Below, piece by piece: positions 9,196-19,725 of a stretch of DNA of 64,000 nt. The number at the start of each line of letters is the position of its first letter. Positions within the stretch are counted from its first letter, which is position 1. Both the position numbers and the translations under genes were made by a program. Origin of the DNA: Leptospira biflexa (GTDB lineage Bacteria; Spirochaetota; UBA4802; UB4802); the NCBI GenBank assembly GCA_020721905.1, contig DYLU01000006.1, forward strand, positions 918 to 64,917, written 5' to 3'. Below the pieces are notes generated by a model. That model had not been told where the DNA came from. It saw only the letters and a list, made by a program, of their open reading frames with translations, and did no database searches.

Positions 9196-11282
9196 TGGTG
9201 CTTAACCAGAGTATTCAATATATTAAAGGGATTGGCCCAAAACGTGCAGAGCTTTTAAAGCAGGAACTGGGCATTGGAACCGTTGAAGACCTGCTTTACT
9301 TTTTACCACGGAAATATATTGACCGTTCCAACACTAAATTAATCAAAGACTGTTTTGTTAATGACATTGTAACAGTTACCGGGATTGTTAAGCAGGTAAA
9401 AATTTCAGGCCACCGGCGCAAATTCCTTGAAGTTGTTATAGATGATGGCAGTGATACGTTATCAGGTGTTTTTTTTGGCGGCATTCAGTATTTCCTTAAA
9501 CTTTTTCAAGTGGGCGACACTGTACTGTTCTCGGGCAAAGTGGATTATTACAATACCAGGCAGATAGCCCATCCAGAGTATGATTTTATAGACAACAGCT
9601 CCGATACATTGCACACAGGCAGGATAGTACCAGTATACCCCTCAACAGAAACCCTCAAAGCACATGGATTTAACTCCCGTGTTTTTAGAAAGATTATTTA
9701 CAACGCACTTGAATTGGCAAAGCAGTATATTCAGGAACCCTTTGGCAGTGAAATGCTTGAAAGGCTGAACCTCATGCCCATGTCAAAGGCTATTCAGCAA
9801 ATTCACTTCCCTGCCGCAATGGATGAAGCACATCAGGCACGTTTGCGACTGGCTTTTAATGAACTGTTTTTTCTACAATATTATTTACACCTCTCACGGC
9901 ACTATATCCGGGAAACACATAAACATGCAAAACCTGCAATAAATGATTCACTGTATAACGATTTTATGCAAACACTGCCTTTCAAACTTACTGATGATCA
10001 GATAAATGCTGTGCAGGAAATCATTAATGATTTACATACAGATTTTTCCATGAACCGTTTATTGCAGGGTGATGTTGGTTCCGGAAAAACAGTGGTTTCT
10101 ATGATTGCAAGCCTTGCTGTCATAAGCCGTGGACAGCAGGTTGCCTTTATGGCACCAACGGAAATACTGGCACAACAGCATTATGCCACGTTTAAAAAGT
10201 TTTTACCGGAATCTGTTAGTGTAGAGCTTCTTACCGGTTCAACACCTTCTGCAACACGTAAAGAAACTCTTGCTGGCTTAAAAGACGGATCTATTAATAT
10301 CATCATTGGCACCCATGCTCTAATTCAGGAAGGGGTACAGTTTGCAAATCTCGGATTCATTATTATTGATGAGCAACATCGCTTTGGTGTTAATCAGCGC
10401 GCAAGCCTTAGAACCAAAGGCCATATGCCTGATCTATTAGTCATGACAGCAACGCCTATTCCCCGGTCACTATCGCTAACACTGTATGGTGATCTGGATA
10501 TTTCAATAATCAAACAAAAGCCTGCCAACAGAATTCCTGTTACAACACTTTCGTTTCCAACATCAAAACTTGAATTGGTGTACCGTTCACTGGAAAAATA
10601 TATGAATGAGGGAAGACAGATATATTACGTACTGCCATTAATTGAAGATTCAGAAAAACTGGACCTAAAATCAGCCACATCAACCTATAAACAGCTTGTA
10701 AAGAGGTTCCCAACAAAAACAATTGCACTGTTACATGGGAAGCTACCCAATGAAGACAAAGAAAAAATTATGCAACAATTTAATAATCATGACATTGACC
10801 TTCTGGTCAGCACAACAGTTATTGAAGTTGGGATTGATGTTGCCAACGCATCCATCATTGTCATAGAACATGCTGAGCGGTTTGGTCTTTCACAGCTTCA
10901 TCAGTTACGTGGCCGCGTTGGGCGCGGTGAATACAAATCGTTTTGTGTTTTGATTTATCCTGATGACATCCCTCAGGAAAGTATGCAGCGCATTCATATT
11001 TTAACAACAACCGATGATGGCTTTGTTATAGCTGAAGAAGATTTGAAAATGCGCGGGGCTGGCGAATTCATTGGAACCCGTCAGCATGGACAGGGTATAG
11101 CATTTGAATTTGCAGATCCCGTCAACGATTTTGAACTTATCAGTATAGCCCGACAGGAAGCTCAAAAGCAGGTAGAAAGATTGAAAGACATTCCTGCACT
11201 TTTTGAAAATATTAAACGAACACAGGCAATGAATATACTGGAAGGATTAAGAAAAAAACATATACTGGCACTACTATCGTAA
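9195..11282 (+). CDS. recG: ATP-dependent DNA helicase RecG
   Basis: Walker A GDVGSGKTVVSMIA, DEQHRFGV, and an N-terminal wedge/OB region. Start placed at the ATG at 9195 (MVLNQSIQYIKGIGPKRAELL), which overlaps the upstream stop. Confidence 0.9.
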   Translation: MVLNQSIQYIKGIGPKRAELLKQELGIGTVEDLLYFLPRKYIDRSNTKLIKDCFVNDIVTVTGIVKQVKISGHRRKFLEVVIDDGSDTLSGVFFGGIQYFLKLFQVGDTVLFSGKVDYYNTRQIAHPEYDFIDNSSDTLHTGRIVPVYPSTETLKAHGFNSRVFRKIIYNALELAKQYIQEPFGSEMLERLNLMPMSKAIQQIHFPAAMDEAHQARLRLAFNELFFLQYYLHLSRHYIRETHKHAKPAINDSLYNDFMQTLPFKLTDDQINAVQEIINDLHTDFSMNRLLQGDVGSGKTVVSMIASLAVISRGQQVAFMAPTEILAQQHYATFKKFLPESVSVELLTGSTPSATRKETLAGLKDGSINIIIGTHALIQEGVQFANLGFIIIDEQHRFGVNQRASLRTKGHMPDLLVMTATPIPRSLSLTLYGDLDISIIKQKPANRIPVTTLSFPTSKLELVYRSLEKYMNEGRQIYYVLPLIEDSEKLDLKSATSTYKQLVKRFPTKTIALLHGKLPNEDKEKIMQQFNNHDIDLLVSTTVIEVGIDVANASIIVIEHAERFGLSQLHQLRGRVGRGEYKSFCVLIYPDDIPQESMQRIHILTTTDDGFVIAEEDLKMRGAGEFIGTRQHGQGIAFEFADPVNDFELISIARQEAQKQVERLKDIPALFENIKRTQAMNILEGLRKKHILALLS

Positions 11283-11287
11283 TAAGC

Positions 11288-11989
11288 TTATGTACCGCAA
11301 CAGTTTTTATATTTTTTGCCACTGCCACATGGGCAAGGATCATTACGACCAATTTTAGCACCTGATTGTTCCTGAATTACCTCAATGATATTCCTGTTAT
11401 TCATTTTTTGCAAATTATATATTTTGGCATGTTCCTTCAATGCAATTTGAGTATCCCACATTACCCGTACAAAGCCAGTTAATTTTTTCAGGAAAGTAGC
11501 ATCACTGGCAAAATCCTCCTGCGACCACTTTTCCTCCATGCTTATAATTAAAGCTTTCAAGAGATTAACATTGCCAATAAATATTGAATATATTTTCTTC
11601 ACTTTCTCATTTTTCAGCATTGCATCTAACTGGCCTGTGGATAAATATTTTAAAAACGTTTCAGCACGCATGATTGAAGCATTTACATACGCTGTATATG
11701 CTTCACGGGTTTTATTGCCAAAATCTGGCTGATCAAGTTCACTATCATCAAAGCGCTGTAAGCGTAACAGGTAAAACCACAATGATTCAATCTGATCTGC
11801 AATAGTTTTATTATCCAGAACTCCTTCATTAAAAAAATCTTTTATAAGTGATCGCAGTGTAAAGCTTCCTGCTGAAGCCTGTACTCCCAAAATAGCAGCT
11901 TTGAGGTTATATATATCTACAGGTATATTATTTTTATCCAGAACCTTTTTAAGGTTTTCATCACCTTTATACTGTTTAACCGTGAACAT
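11288..11989 (-). CDS. YecA-like protein (UPF0149-type N-domain + C-terminal SEC-C metal-binding motif)
   Basis: 233 aa ending in [20 protein letters not shown], a SEC-C zinc-finger motif as found at the SecA C-terminus and in YecA. Confidence 0.7.
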   Translation of the reverse strand: MFTVKQYKGDENLKKVLDKNNIPVDIYNLKAAILGVQASAGSFTLRSLIKDFFNEGVLDNKTIADQIESLWFYLLRLQRFDDSELDQPDFGNKTREAYTAYVNASIMRAETFLKYLSTGQLDAMLKNEKVKKIYSIFIGNVNLLKALIISMEEKWSQEDFASDATFLKKLTGFVRVMWDTQIALKEHAKIYNLQKMNNRNIIEVIQEQSGAKIGRNDPCPCGSGKKYKNCCGT

Positions 11990-12003
11990 AGTAATCTTTC
12001 ATC

Positions 12004-13665
12004 CTACTTAAATATTGTCCTGTCAACAAAGCGATTGAAAATTAATATTTGTTTCTGATTATAAACCTGCACAGCTTTCTGTTTTATGAATGATTTACGG
12101 TCCAGCTTTTGTAATGTTTCCGGATTCAATGTTCCTAAATATGCATCAATCTTTGCAACAAATTCGTCTATCTCAGAAAAATATTTTTTTGAAACCTGCC
12201 TGCGAATCAAATCAAGGGCGTTAACGCTGTCAAATTGCAAATCCCGGTTATTTACATTATTCTCAAACCATTCTAAAACAATTGCCTTTAAAAATTCATA
12301 TGGAACAAACTTTTTGATTTTCTTGCCATCTCTTGAAATAAAACAGTACCCTTCACCTGTTAACTGGATATCAGCTACAAGTAAACGCAATATAGTTTGC
12401 GGTCCTAAATGATAGTAAAATAGCCATTGATCATTATCAGGAATATCAAAATATCCAGCACTTTCATCCAATACAGATACAATTTTTTTACTGATAAACT
12501 CAATAAAATCTTCAACAATATCATAATTTTCTTTATCGATAGTTAACTTTAATAAAGCCCTCCGTAATTCTGACTTAATCTGGTCATCGGTCAGTTGTGT
12601 TTTGGTATAATAGACCATATATTCCAGATCTTCATTTTCAATCTTCAATACATTTTCATCAACCGGCAAAATATATGGTTCACGGGTATTCCATGGCTTT
12701 GTTCCCTTAACCGTAAATGGAACTGCACTTTGCCGGGTAACGCTTTCCAATTGTATATTACTTTTGCCGGTATCATAATGCGAAAGCTTAGAGTATTCAT
12801 TGGAATCCAGAGCTTCTTTTAAACCAGCAGGGGAAATTACCTGTGGCGTTTCGTGTACATCCTGATCAAAAGATTCGGATTGATTTATTCTAGATTCAGA
12901 GGTATCAAGTTGACTGAGCAAACTTTGCACTGTATACGATTTATATTCACTAAATTGCAATTTGGAACGAATATCTACATCAGGCAAATTATAATGATGA
13001 GAAAGCAACCCTAAATGGTTGGCTATTAATTCCAGTAACACATCTGTTGCTTCACACAAGCTGCTTCCTTCAGCTACAATATCATTAAGTACTGATGACA
13101 GCTGTTTACCGCCTTCAGCAAAGTTAAATACTGAAGTTTGTTTTTCAAGCTCTTCCCAATCCTTTTTAACAATACTATTAAATGAACGAAGTAGCACATA
13201 CATTTCTTTGAGTACTATAAAGTCAAGCCGGTTGTCCTCGGGATAATCATCAGGAAAATAAAGGGGAAAATCCTTGGTTGCCTTTCTTCTTAAATTTGCT
13301 TCATTTACTTCACTGAAAAATTTATCTGTAAGAATTTCAACATCTTCAACAATTTTAAATATTGAGTAAGACGATTTCTTGATTACAGGAACTACCTGTT
13401 CAGGGACCTCAGTAATATCCAACCGCGAACGTAAAAGCTTTGCCAGTTCAATGTGCCTGTGTATACCATTGGGAATTCCACGCTTATAAAACGTAACCAC
13501 CTCTGATACATTTTTTTTCTCAGGCAATGGTATATCATGTGATGTTTCATATAGTTCACCATCAAATGTGTGTTCCGTAAAATGCTTTACATGTGCTTTC
13601 TGAACTGTATCATCCGTATCACTATCGATATCCTGTAGCAACCTGTCCAGCTCATCATCTATCAT
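12004..13665 (-). CDS. Hypothetical acidic protein (553 aa), co-transcribed with ftsH and the yecA-like gene
   Basis: Long ORF with no recognisable motif. It is 16 nt downstream of ftsH and 14 nt upstream of the YecA-like gene, on the same strand. Confidence 0.4.
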   Translation of the reverse strand: MIDDELDRLLQDIDSDTDDTVQKAHVKHFTEHTFDGELYETSHDIPLPEKKNVSEVVTFYKRGIPNGIHRHIELAKLLRSRLDITEVPEQVVPVIKKSSYSIFKIVEDVEILTDKFFSEVNEANLRRKATKDFPLYFPDDYPEDNRLDFIVLKEMYVLLRSFNSIVKKDWEELEKQTSVFNFAEGGKQLSSVLNDIVAEGSSLCEATDVLLELIANHLGLLSHHYNLPDVDIRSKLQFSEYKSYTVQSLLSQLDTSESRINQSESFDQDVHETPQVISPAGLKEALDSNEYSKLSHYDTGKSNIQLESVTRQSAVPFTVKGTKPWNTREPYILPVDENVLKIENEDLEYMVYYTKTQLTDDQIKSELRRALLKLTIDKENYDIVEDFIEFISKKIVSVLDESAGYFDIPDNDQWLFYYHLGPQTILRLLVADIQLTGEGYCFISRDGKKIKKFVPYEFLKAIVLEWFENNVNNRDLQFDSVNALDLIRRQVSKKYFSEIDEFVAKIDAYLGTLNPETLQKLDRKSFIKQKAVQVYNQKQILIFNRFVDRTIFK

Positions 13666-13681
13666 ACAAACCCCAAACTTT

Positions 13682-15604
13682 TTATGTTGGAATCACTTCT
13701 TTATCATCCAGCAATGGTTTTTGTGATGATTTCTTTTTTATTTTTTCTAATTTAGGCTCTTCCTCTGTCTGCTGAGGATTTTCGCCATTATGAATGGGCG
13801 GCAATGGCTCACCTTTCATTAAAAGTTCAATTTCCTGAGCATTTAGTGTCTCACGTTCTATGAGGTTTGTTGCAATCAGCTCAAATTTGTCGCTGTTTTC
13901 TTCTATTAGCTTTATAGCCCTGTCCCTGCAACTGGTAACAATATCATGAACTTCTTGATCTATAAGCTGTGCCGTTTCTTCACTGTAATCTCGGTGCTGG
14001 GCTATCTCACGTGCCAGAAATATCTGTTCGGTCTTTTTGCCAAATGCTAACGGACCCAGTGTTTCACTCATTCCCCATTCGCACACCATTCGGCGGGCAA
14101 TATCAGTAGCACGTTCAATATCATTGCTTGAACCGGTGGTAACCTGCCCAAATTTCATCTTTTCAGCAACATGGCCACCAAACAAAATGGTGATCTGATT
14201 GAGCCAGTATTCCCTGTTATGCAAATGGCGTTCTTCTTTGGGCAAATGCATGGTTAAGCCCAACGCCCTTCCACGCGGAATAACCGTTACTTTATGCACA
14301 GGGTCAGCTCCGGTAAGTATACCCAGCAATGCATGTCCGGCCTCATGATAGGCAATAACCTTCTTTTCCTCGGCAGAAATGAGAACCGACTTTCTTTCAG
14401 GACCCATCAATACTTTGTCCTTGGCATCTTCCATCTCAATCATGCTCACGCGCTTTTTATTGCGCCGTGCAGCCAGCAGTGCAGCCTCATTAACAAGATT
14501 TGCCAGATCTGCACCGGTAAATCCAGGAGTGCCACGGGCAATAACCTTTAAATCCACATCCTTTGCCAGAGGGATTTTACGGGTATGAACAGCCAATATC
14601 TTTTCCCTTCCCTTGATATCAGGTATGTCGACCACAACCTGGCGGTCAAAACGGCCGGGCCTGAGCAACGCGGGATCCAGCACATCAGGCCTGTTGGTAG
14701 CAGCAACAATAATAACACCTTCATTGGTTTCAAATCCATCCATTTCAACAAGAAGCTGATTCAACGTTTGTTCACGTTCATCGTGTCCACCACCAAGCCC
14801 CGCACCGCGCAGCCTTCCCACCGCATCTATCTCATCAATAAACATGATGCAGGGAGCATTACGTTTCCCCTGATCAAACAGGTCACGTACCCGCGATGCA
14901 CCTACCCCAACAAACATTTCCACAAAATCAGAACCACTGATGGAAAAAAATGGCACGCCGGCCTCACCTGCAACAGCCCGTGCAAGTAAGGTTTTGCCTG
15001 TACCAGGAGGCCCTACCAGCAGAACCCCTTTAGGTATCTTTGCGCCTATGGTAATGAATTTCTTTGGATCTTTTAAAAATTCAATGATTTCCTGAAGTTC
15101 AACTTTAGCCTCATCAACACCTGCCACATCGGCAAATGTCACTTTATTTTTTGTTTCAGGCTGCAATTTAGCCCTTACTTTGCCAAAGCTCATTGCCTTG
15201 TTTCCGGTTGACTGTATCTGGCGTATCATAAAAAACCAGATAAACCCAAAGAAAAGAAGCCAGGGCAAAAAATTAAGTACACCTTTCCAGAAAAGATTAT
15301 CATCAGCCTCTTCGCCTTTGATCTCAACCCTATTATTAATAAGTGTCTTTATTAAATCAGGATCCTGATATGGTATAACTGTTTCAAAAAGATAGACTTT
15401 ATCACCTTTGGTAAAGGTCCCTTCTATTTTTTTGCCATTAACTATCGTCACTGATTTAACTTTATTTTCATATACTTTCTTTATGAAATCACTATATTGC
15501 AGCTGCTCAACTTTCTGAGTATTCATATCATTCATTCTGAATATGGCAATGGCAAGTAGCGCTATAAGCAAAAGCAGAGCAACCTGTTTAGCAACTTTAT
15601 TCAT
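13682..15604 (-). CDS. ftsH: ATP-dependent zinc metalloprotease FtsH
   Basis: AAA+ Walker [24 protein letters not shown], Zn-binding HEAGHAL, and an N-terminal TM/periplasmic region. 640 aa. Confidence 0.95.
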   Translation of the reverse strand: MNKVAKQVALLLLIALLAIAIFRMNDMNTQKVEQLQYSDFIKKVYENKVKSVTIVNGKKIEGTFTKGDKVYLFETVIPYQDPDLIKTLINNRVEIKGEEADDNLFWKGVLNFLPWLLFFGFIWFFMIRQIQSTGNKAMSFGKVRAKLQPETKNKVTFADVAGVDEAKVELQEIIEFLKDPKKFITIGAKIPKGVLLVGPPGTGKTLLARAVAGEAGVPFFSISGSDFVEMFVGVGASRVRDLFDQGKRNAPCIMFIDEIDAVGRLRGAGLGGGHDEREQTLNQLLVEMDGFETNEGVIIVAATNRPDVLDPALLRPGRFDRQVVVDIPDIKGREKILAVHTRKIPLAKDVDLKVIARGTPGFTGADLANLVNEAALLAARRNKKRVSMIEMEDAKDKVLMGPERKSVLISAEEKKVIAYHEAGHALLGILTGADPVHKVTVIPRGRALGLTMHLPKEERHLHNREYWLNQITILFGGHVAEKMKFGQVTTGSSNDIERATDIARRMVCEWGMSETLGPLAFGKKTEQIFLAREIAQHRDYSEETAQLIDQEVHDIVTSCRDRAIKLIEENSDKFELIATNLIERETLNAQEIELLMKGEPLPPIHNGENPQQTEEEPKLEKIKKKSSQKPLLDDKEVIPT

Positions 15605-15770
15605 AGAATCTCCCGTAGTTATGTGTTCTGGTAATGAAATTGTACATATATTGTAATCTTTACTTACAAGATACTACAAATACAGAAATACTCAAATAAA
15701 TTTATTGTACCCTATCCAACTTTTATCAATGAGCAGGATAAAAGTGATTTAATATTAATCTGGTGGTATT

Positions 15771-17174
15771 TTACACAGTATTGCTATGCCAGTAACGAAT
15801 AACAAGCATTTTTTGACCATTTTCCGGCAAAAAAGGCGGTGAAACTTGAGCTTTTGCTGTACCTGTCACATCAAAGAGTATTGCAGCTATCTGATTATCT
15901 ATAACAATCAGTGGCACCAGATTTTTTTGTTCCGGAGTAAGCCGGTAATCAATATATAAGCGTTTAAGTGTCCGTCTACCCGTTTTACGGATAATTGCAT
16001 CGCCTGTTCGTCTATTCCTGATAACAATATGGTCATATCCATCATAGCGCAATACCAGTGTGCCACTTTCAGGTGACTGCACATCAATTGATTCAGCAAC
16101 AGCGCATTGAACGGTAATACCTGCCTGTGTAACAGTAACCGTTTTGCCCACCGGAAGTTTATATTCATAGTTACTATCGCCCTGACATAAAGGCTTTGAA
16201 GAAAAAATTAAAAATGATGTGGCAGTGCGATAGCGCCTGTATATGTAGATTCCTTTTCCCTCAAAAAGAGTAACATTCTTTTTCTTTGAATAATGCGCGC
16301 GATACAACGCATCCAGAATATCAGAATCAACATATTGTTTGAGATAGTTACTGATAATATATGCACAGTAAAATTTAAATATATATTCACTGTGTGAAAT
16401 GGCTCTTTCCTGCACCTGTATTAATCCGGGCTGCTTTTGGATAAATCCCGGATAAAGCGAATGCAAAAGGTCAATGATGCTTTGGGTTGCATCATGTGCC
16501 TGTTTCTGAAGATTAAGCAGTGCTTCATCAAACTGTGAAAACCGTTTCTGAATGACCGGTATGACACTGTGACGTATATAGTTCCTTAGATATGTACTAT
16601 CATCATTTGTACAATCGTGCCGGTAAGGTAGGTTATTATATTGTATATATGAATATACTTCATCCTGCGACAGCACCAGCAAAGGCCGTATGATGCTTTC
16701 ATGTGCCAGTGCTATTGCACCTAAACCCTGCAATCCGGTTCCCTGCAACATGCGCATAAGCAGGGTTTCAATCTGATCACTTTTTGTATGTGCAGTTGCA
16801 ATTTTAGTATAGCCATAGTGTTGTGCTAACATATGTAATCGTGCGTAGCGGTATTCTCGTGCCTGCTGTTCAAAGCTTTTCCCCGGCTCTTTATATCTTA
16901 TAAAATCAAACCGTTCTATAAAAGCAGGGATTCCATACCGTGAAGCCTGATCCATAACGAAGAGTAGATCGCCAAATGATTCCTTGCCCCGCACCTTATG
17001 ATCAAGGTGATAGACATCAACTGTGAACCCAAGGTGCTCACGTAACACATACAGCATATGTAACAGTGTCATTGAATCCTTGCCAGCTGACACTGATACC
17101 AGTATTCTATCGCCAGGTACAATAAGGTTATTATCCTGTATAAATGTATAAACTTTTTGTATACTGTTATTCAT
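15771..17174 (-). CDS. tilS: tRNA(Ile)-lysidine synthetase TilS
   Basis: N-terminal PP-loop SAGKDSMTLLHML (SGGxDS-type). 467 aa. Classic position upstream of ftsH, though hpt is absent. Confidence 0.85.
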   Translation of the reverse strand: MNNSIQKVYTFIQDNNLIVPGDRILVSVSAGKDSMTLLHMLYVLREHLGFTVDVYHLDHKVRGKESFGDLLFVMDQASRYGIPAFIERFDFIRYKEPGKSFEQQAREYRYARLHMLAQHYGYTKIATAHTKSDQIETLLMRMLQGTGLQGLGAIALAHESIIRPLLVLSQDEVYSYIQYNNLPYRHDCTNDDSTYLRNYIRHSVIPVIQKRFSQFDEALLNLQKQAHDATQSIIDLLHSLYPGFIQKQPGLIQVQERAISHSEYIFKFYCAYIISNYLKQYVDSDILDALYRAHYSKKKNVTLFEGKGIYIYRRYRTATSFLIFSSKPLCQGDSNYEYKLPVGKTVTVTQAGITVQCAVAESIDVQSPESGTLVLRYDGYDHIVIRNRRTGDAIIRKTGRRTLKRLYIDYRLTPEQKNLVPLIVIDNQIAAILFDVTGTAKAQVSPPFLPENGQKMLVIRYWHSNTV

Positions 17175-17453
17175 ACATAGGGAGTTTTAATAAAAATTTC
17201 ATACGTAATAAACATATATCCATTATAAGCAATGTGGGGATTCTTTCAATACATTTTATATGTAAGGCATTCAGTGCTTTTTTTACTATTGCAGGGTGCG
17301 GTCATAAAATATAATGAATAATAAACACAAAAGTCAAATACAGCCCGGTATGCTCTGTTCATAAAATTATATCCGTAAATAAGTAATAAAATTATTATTG
17401 CAACATATATAGCAAAATATAAATTTGTAATTTCTTAAACCATTATTATTCTG

Positions 17454-17482
17454 TTGACCGTACAGCCAGCATACTGTACAAT
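17454..17482 (+). promoter_or_regulatory. Sigma-70-like promoter of the phosphoglucomutase gene, with a GTACAG-N8-CTGTAC palindrome in the spacer
   Basis: TTGACC (17454-17459), a 17-nt spacer, then TACAAT (17477-17482), 36 nt before the ATG at 17518. The spacer carries the inverted repeat GTACAGccagcataCTGTAC. Confidence 0.4.
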
Positions 17483-17517
17483 AATTTAAAAGATATTCTG
17501 TTCAGGAGATAGTTACC

Positions 17518-19260
17518 ATGGACATCACCATTCAAAAACGAATAGAACAATGGCAAAATCCGCCATTTGACACCACCACCATACACGAGATTAAACAACT
17601 TGTTGCACAAAATAATGAAAAAGAACTGTACGAACGCTTTTATACCACACTTGAGTTTGGTACCGGCGGGCTTCGCGGTATTATTGGTGCAGGCACCAAC
17701 CGCATGAACATTTACACCGTTGGTATGGCAACACAGGGCCTGGCAAACTACATCGTTCACAAAGGTAATGCTCAAAAAGGCGTTGTTATAGCGTATGATT
17801 CACGCAGGATGTCGAATGTATTCTCAAAAGAAGCAGCCGCTATATTAGCAGGTAATGGGATTAAGGTATATCTTTTCACGGATATCATGCCCACACCAAT
17901 ATGTTCATTTGCAATACGCCATTACAATGCCACTGCAGGTATAGTTATCACAGCCAGCCACAACCCACCCGAATATAACGGATACAAGGTATACTGGGAA
18001 GATGGCGGTCAGGTTGTCCCGCCGCAGGACAAAGAGATAATCACCGAAGTTTCCAAAATACAGGACATCGCACAAATTAAGAAAATGAGTTTTGATGAAG
18101 CCATAGCTCATGGTATTATATCTTTAGTTGGGAATGAAGTTATTGATATCTATGCACAAAAACTTTTGCAGGTACAATTTAAATCCAATGAATTATCGCC
18201 CATCCATATTGTTTACACCCCATTGCATGGGACCGGTTACCGTATTGTGCCGCATATACTAAAAAAATCTGGTTTTCCCAATGTTCATATTGTTGAAAAA
18301 CAGGCAATCCCTGATGGTAATTTCCCCACTGTCAAATCACCCAATCCGGAAGAACCTGAAGCGCTAACACAGGCAATTGAACTTGCCCAACACATCAATG
18401 CCGACATAGTGTTAGCAACTGACCCCGATGCTGACCGCATGGGTGTAGCTTTCAAGGATGACAACGGGCAGTACATGCTCATCAATGGAAATCAGATAGG
18501 CAGTATGCTTATGTATTATATGCTGTTACGATTGCAACAGCAAAACAAGCTGCCTGAAAACGGATTTGTTGTAAAAACAATAGTTACCACTGACCTTCAG
18601 CAGGAGATAGCTCATCATTTCAATGTTACCATTGAAAATGTCCTTACAGGATTTAAATGGATTGCAAAAAAGATGAAGGATTACGAAGGCTCACACGTAT
18701 TCATTTTTGGCGGCGAAGAAAGTTATGGGTATCTACCTCTTGATTTTGTACGTGACAAGGATGCAGTCAGTTCTTGCTACTTTTTTGCCGAAATGACGCA
18801 CTGGCTTCATTCACACAATAAAACACTGAAAGACTTTTTATATGAAATATACACTCAGTTTGGATATTATAACGAAAAGCTTGTGTCGCCTACACTAAAA
18901 GGTGTTGAAGGCATTCAAAAGATACAATCCATCATGAAACATTACAGAAGCAATCCACCCGGAAAACTGGCTGGAACCACTGTTACTGCAATTCTTGACG
19001 TCAAACAGGGAACCCTTACTGATGTCATAAAAGGCACCACAACAGCTGTAGATTTGCCCGCATCGGACGTATTGCAGTTTACATTAGACAATGGCTCAAA
19101 GGTAACCATGCGCCCATCGGGTACCGAACCCAAAATCAAGTTTTATTTTAGCTCACATAAAAAGGGGAAAGACATCAAACAGCTGGAAGAGGAAGTAACA
19201 CGGTATAATGAAACGTTAGCAGGCGAATTATTAAATACAATTGAATCAATTATTAAATAA
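17518..19260 (+). CDS. Phosphoglucomutase / phosphomannomutase (PgcA-type alpha-phosphohexomutase)
   Basis: 580 aa. Active-site Ser loop TASHNPPEYNGYKVY; four-domain phosphohexomutase length. Confidence 0.85.
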   Translation: MDITIQKRIEQWQNPPFDTTTIHEIKQLVAQNNEKELYERFYTTLEFGTGGLRGIIGAGTNRMNIYTVGMATQGLANYIVHKGNAQKGVVIAYDSRRMSNVFSKEAAAILAGNGIKVYLFTDIMPTPICSFAIRHYNATAGIVITASHNPPEYNGYKVYWEDGGQVVPPQDKEIITEVSKIQDIAQIKKMSFDEAIAHGIISLVGNEVIDIYAQKLLQVQFKSNELSPIHIVYTPLHGTGYRIVPHILKKSGFPNVHIVEKQAIPDGNFPTVKSPNPEEPEALTQAIELAQHINADIVLATDPDADRMGVAFKDDNGQYMLINGNQIGSMLMYYMLLRLQQQNKLPENGFVVKTIVTTDLQQEIAHHFNVTIENVLTGFKWIAKKMKDYEGSHVFIFGGEESYGYLPLDFVRDKDAVSSCYFFAEMTHWLHSHNKTLKDFLYEIYTQFGYYNEKLVSPTLKGVEGIQKIQSIMKHYRSNPPGKLAGTTVTAILDVKQGTLTDVIKGTTTAVDLPASDVLQFTLDNGSKVTMRPSGTEPKIKFYFSSHKKGKDIKQLEEEVTRYNETLAGELLNTIESIIK

Positions 19261-19281
19261 CTACAAAGCCAAAAGTGTTCT

Positions 19282-19725
19282 TTAAATATTTTGCATAATC
19301 TCTTTTTCTTTTTTCTGCATTTTTCTTTTTTTATATGACGATTGTTCATGGTCATATCCCAAAAGGTGAAGCACGCCATGTATCAGCAGTCTCTTTAATT
19401 CTTCTTTCAGAGTCACTCCATATTCTATAGCCTGCTTACGGGCAGTCTCCAGTGAAATGAAAATGTCGCCTAAGTGTTCTGTTGCGGTAAGATGCGGCAT
19501 GGGTGCTTCACGGTAGGCAAAGGATATGACATCGGTTGGGCCTTTCTTTTTACGGTAGGTTTTATTGATATGAGCTATAGCCTCATCATCAGTTATAATG
19601 AGTGTAACAACTACATTATCCACCTCCTGATACTTTAAAACAGAAGCTATAATTTTTTTACAAAATGCAGGGTAGCCCCCGGGAACCGTGATGTGTTCAC
19701 TTTCAACCTGAACCTTAATTGCCAT
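19282..19725 (-). CDS. ybeY: rRNA maturation endoribonuclease YbeY
   Basis: 147 aa with the H3xH5xH-type motif HGVLHLLGYDHE. Overlaps the pgpH stop. Confidence 0.9.
   Translation of the reverse strand: MAIKVQVESEHITVPGGYPAFCKKIIASVLKYQEVDNVVVTLIITDDEAIAHINKTYRKKKGPTDVISFAYREAPMPHLTATEHLGDIFISLETARKQAIEYGVTLKEELKRLLIHGVLHLLGYDHEQSSYKKRKMQKKEKEIMQNI

Noticed and set aside
17175-17517. 42-aa minus-strand ORF in the tilS/pgm intergenic region
   Set aside because: No Shine-Dalgarno sequence, and very AT-rich. The region is better explained as the divergent promoter region (TTGACC-17-TACAAT for the pgm gene).
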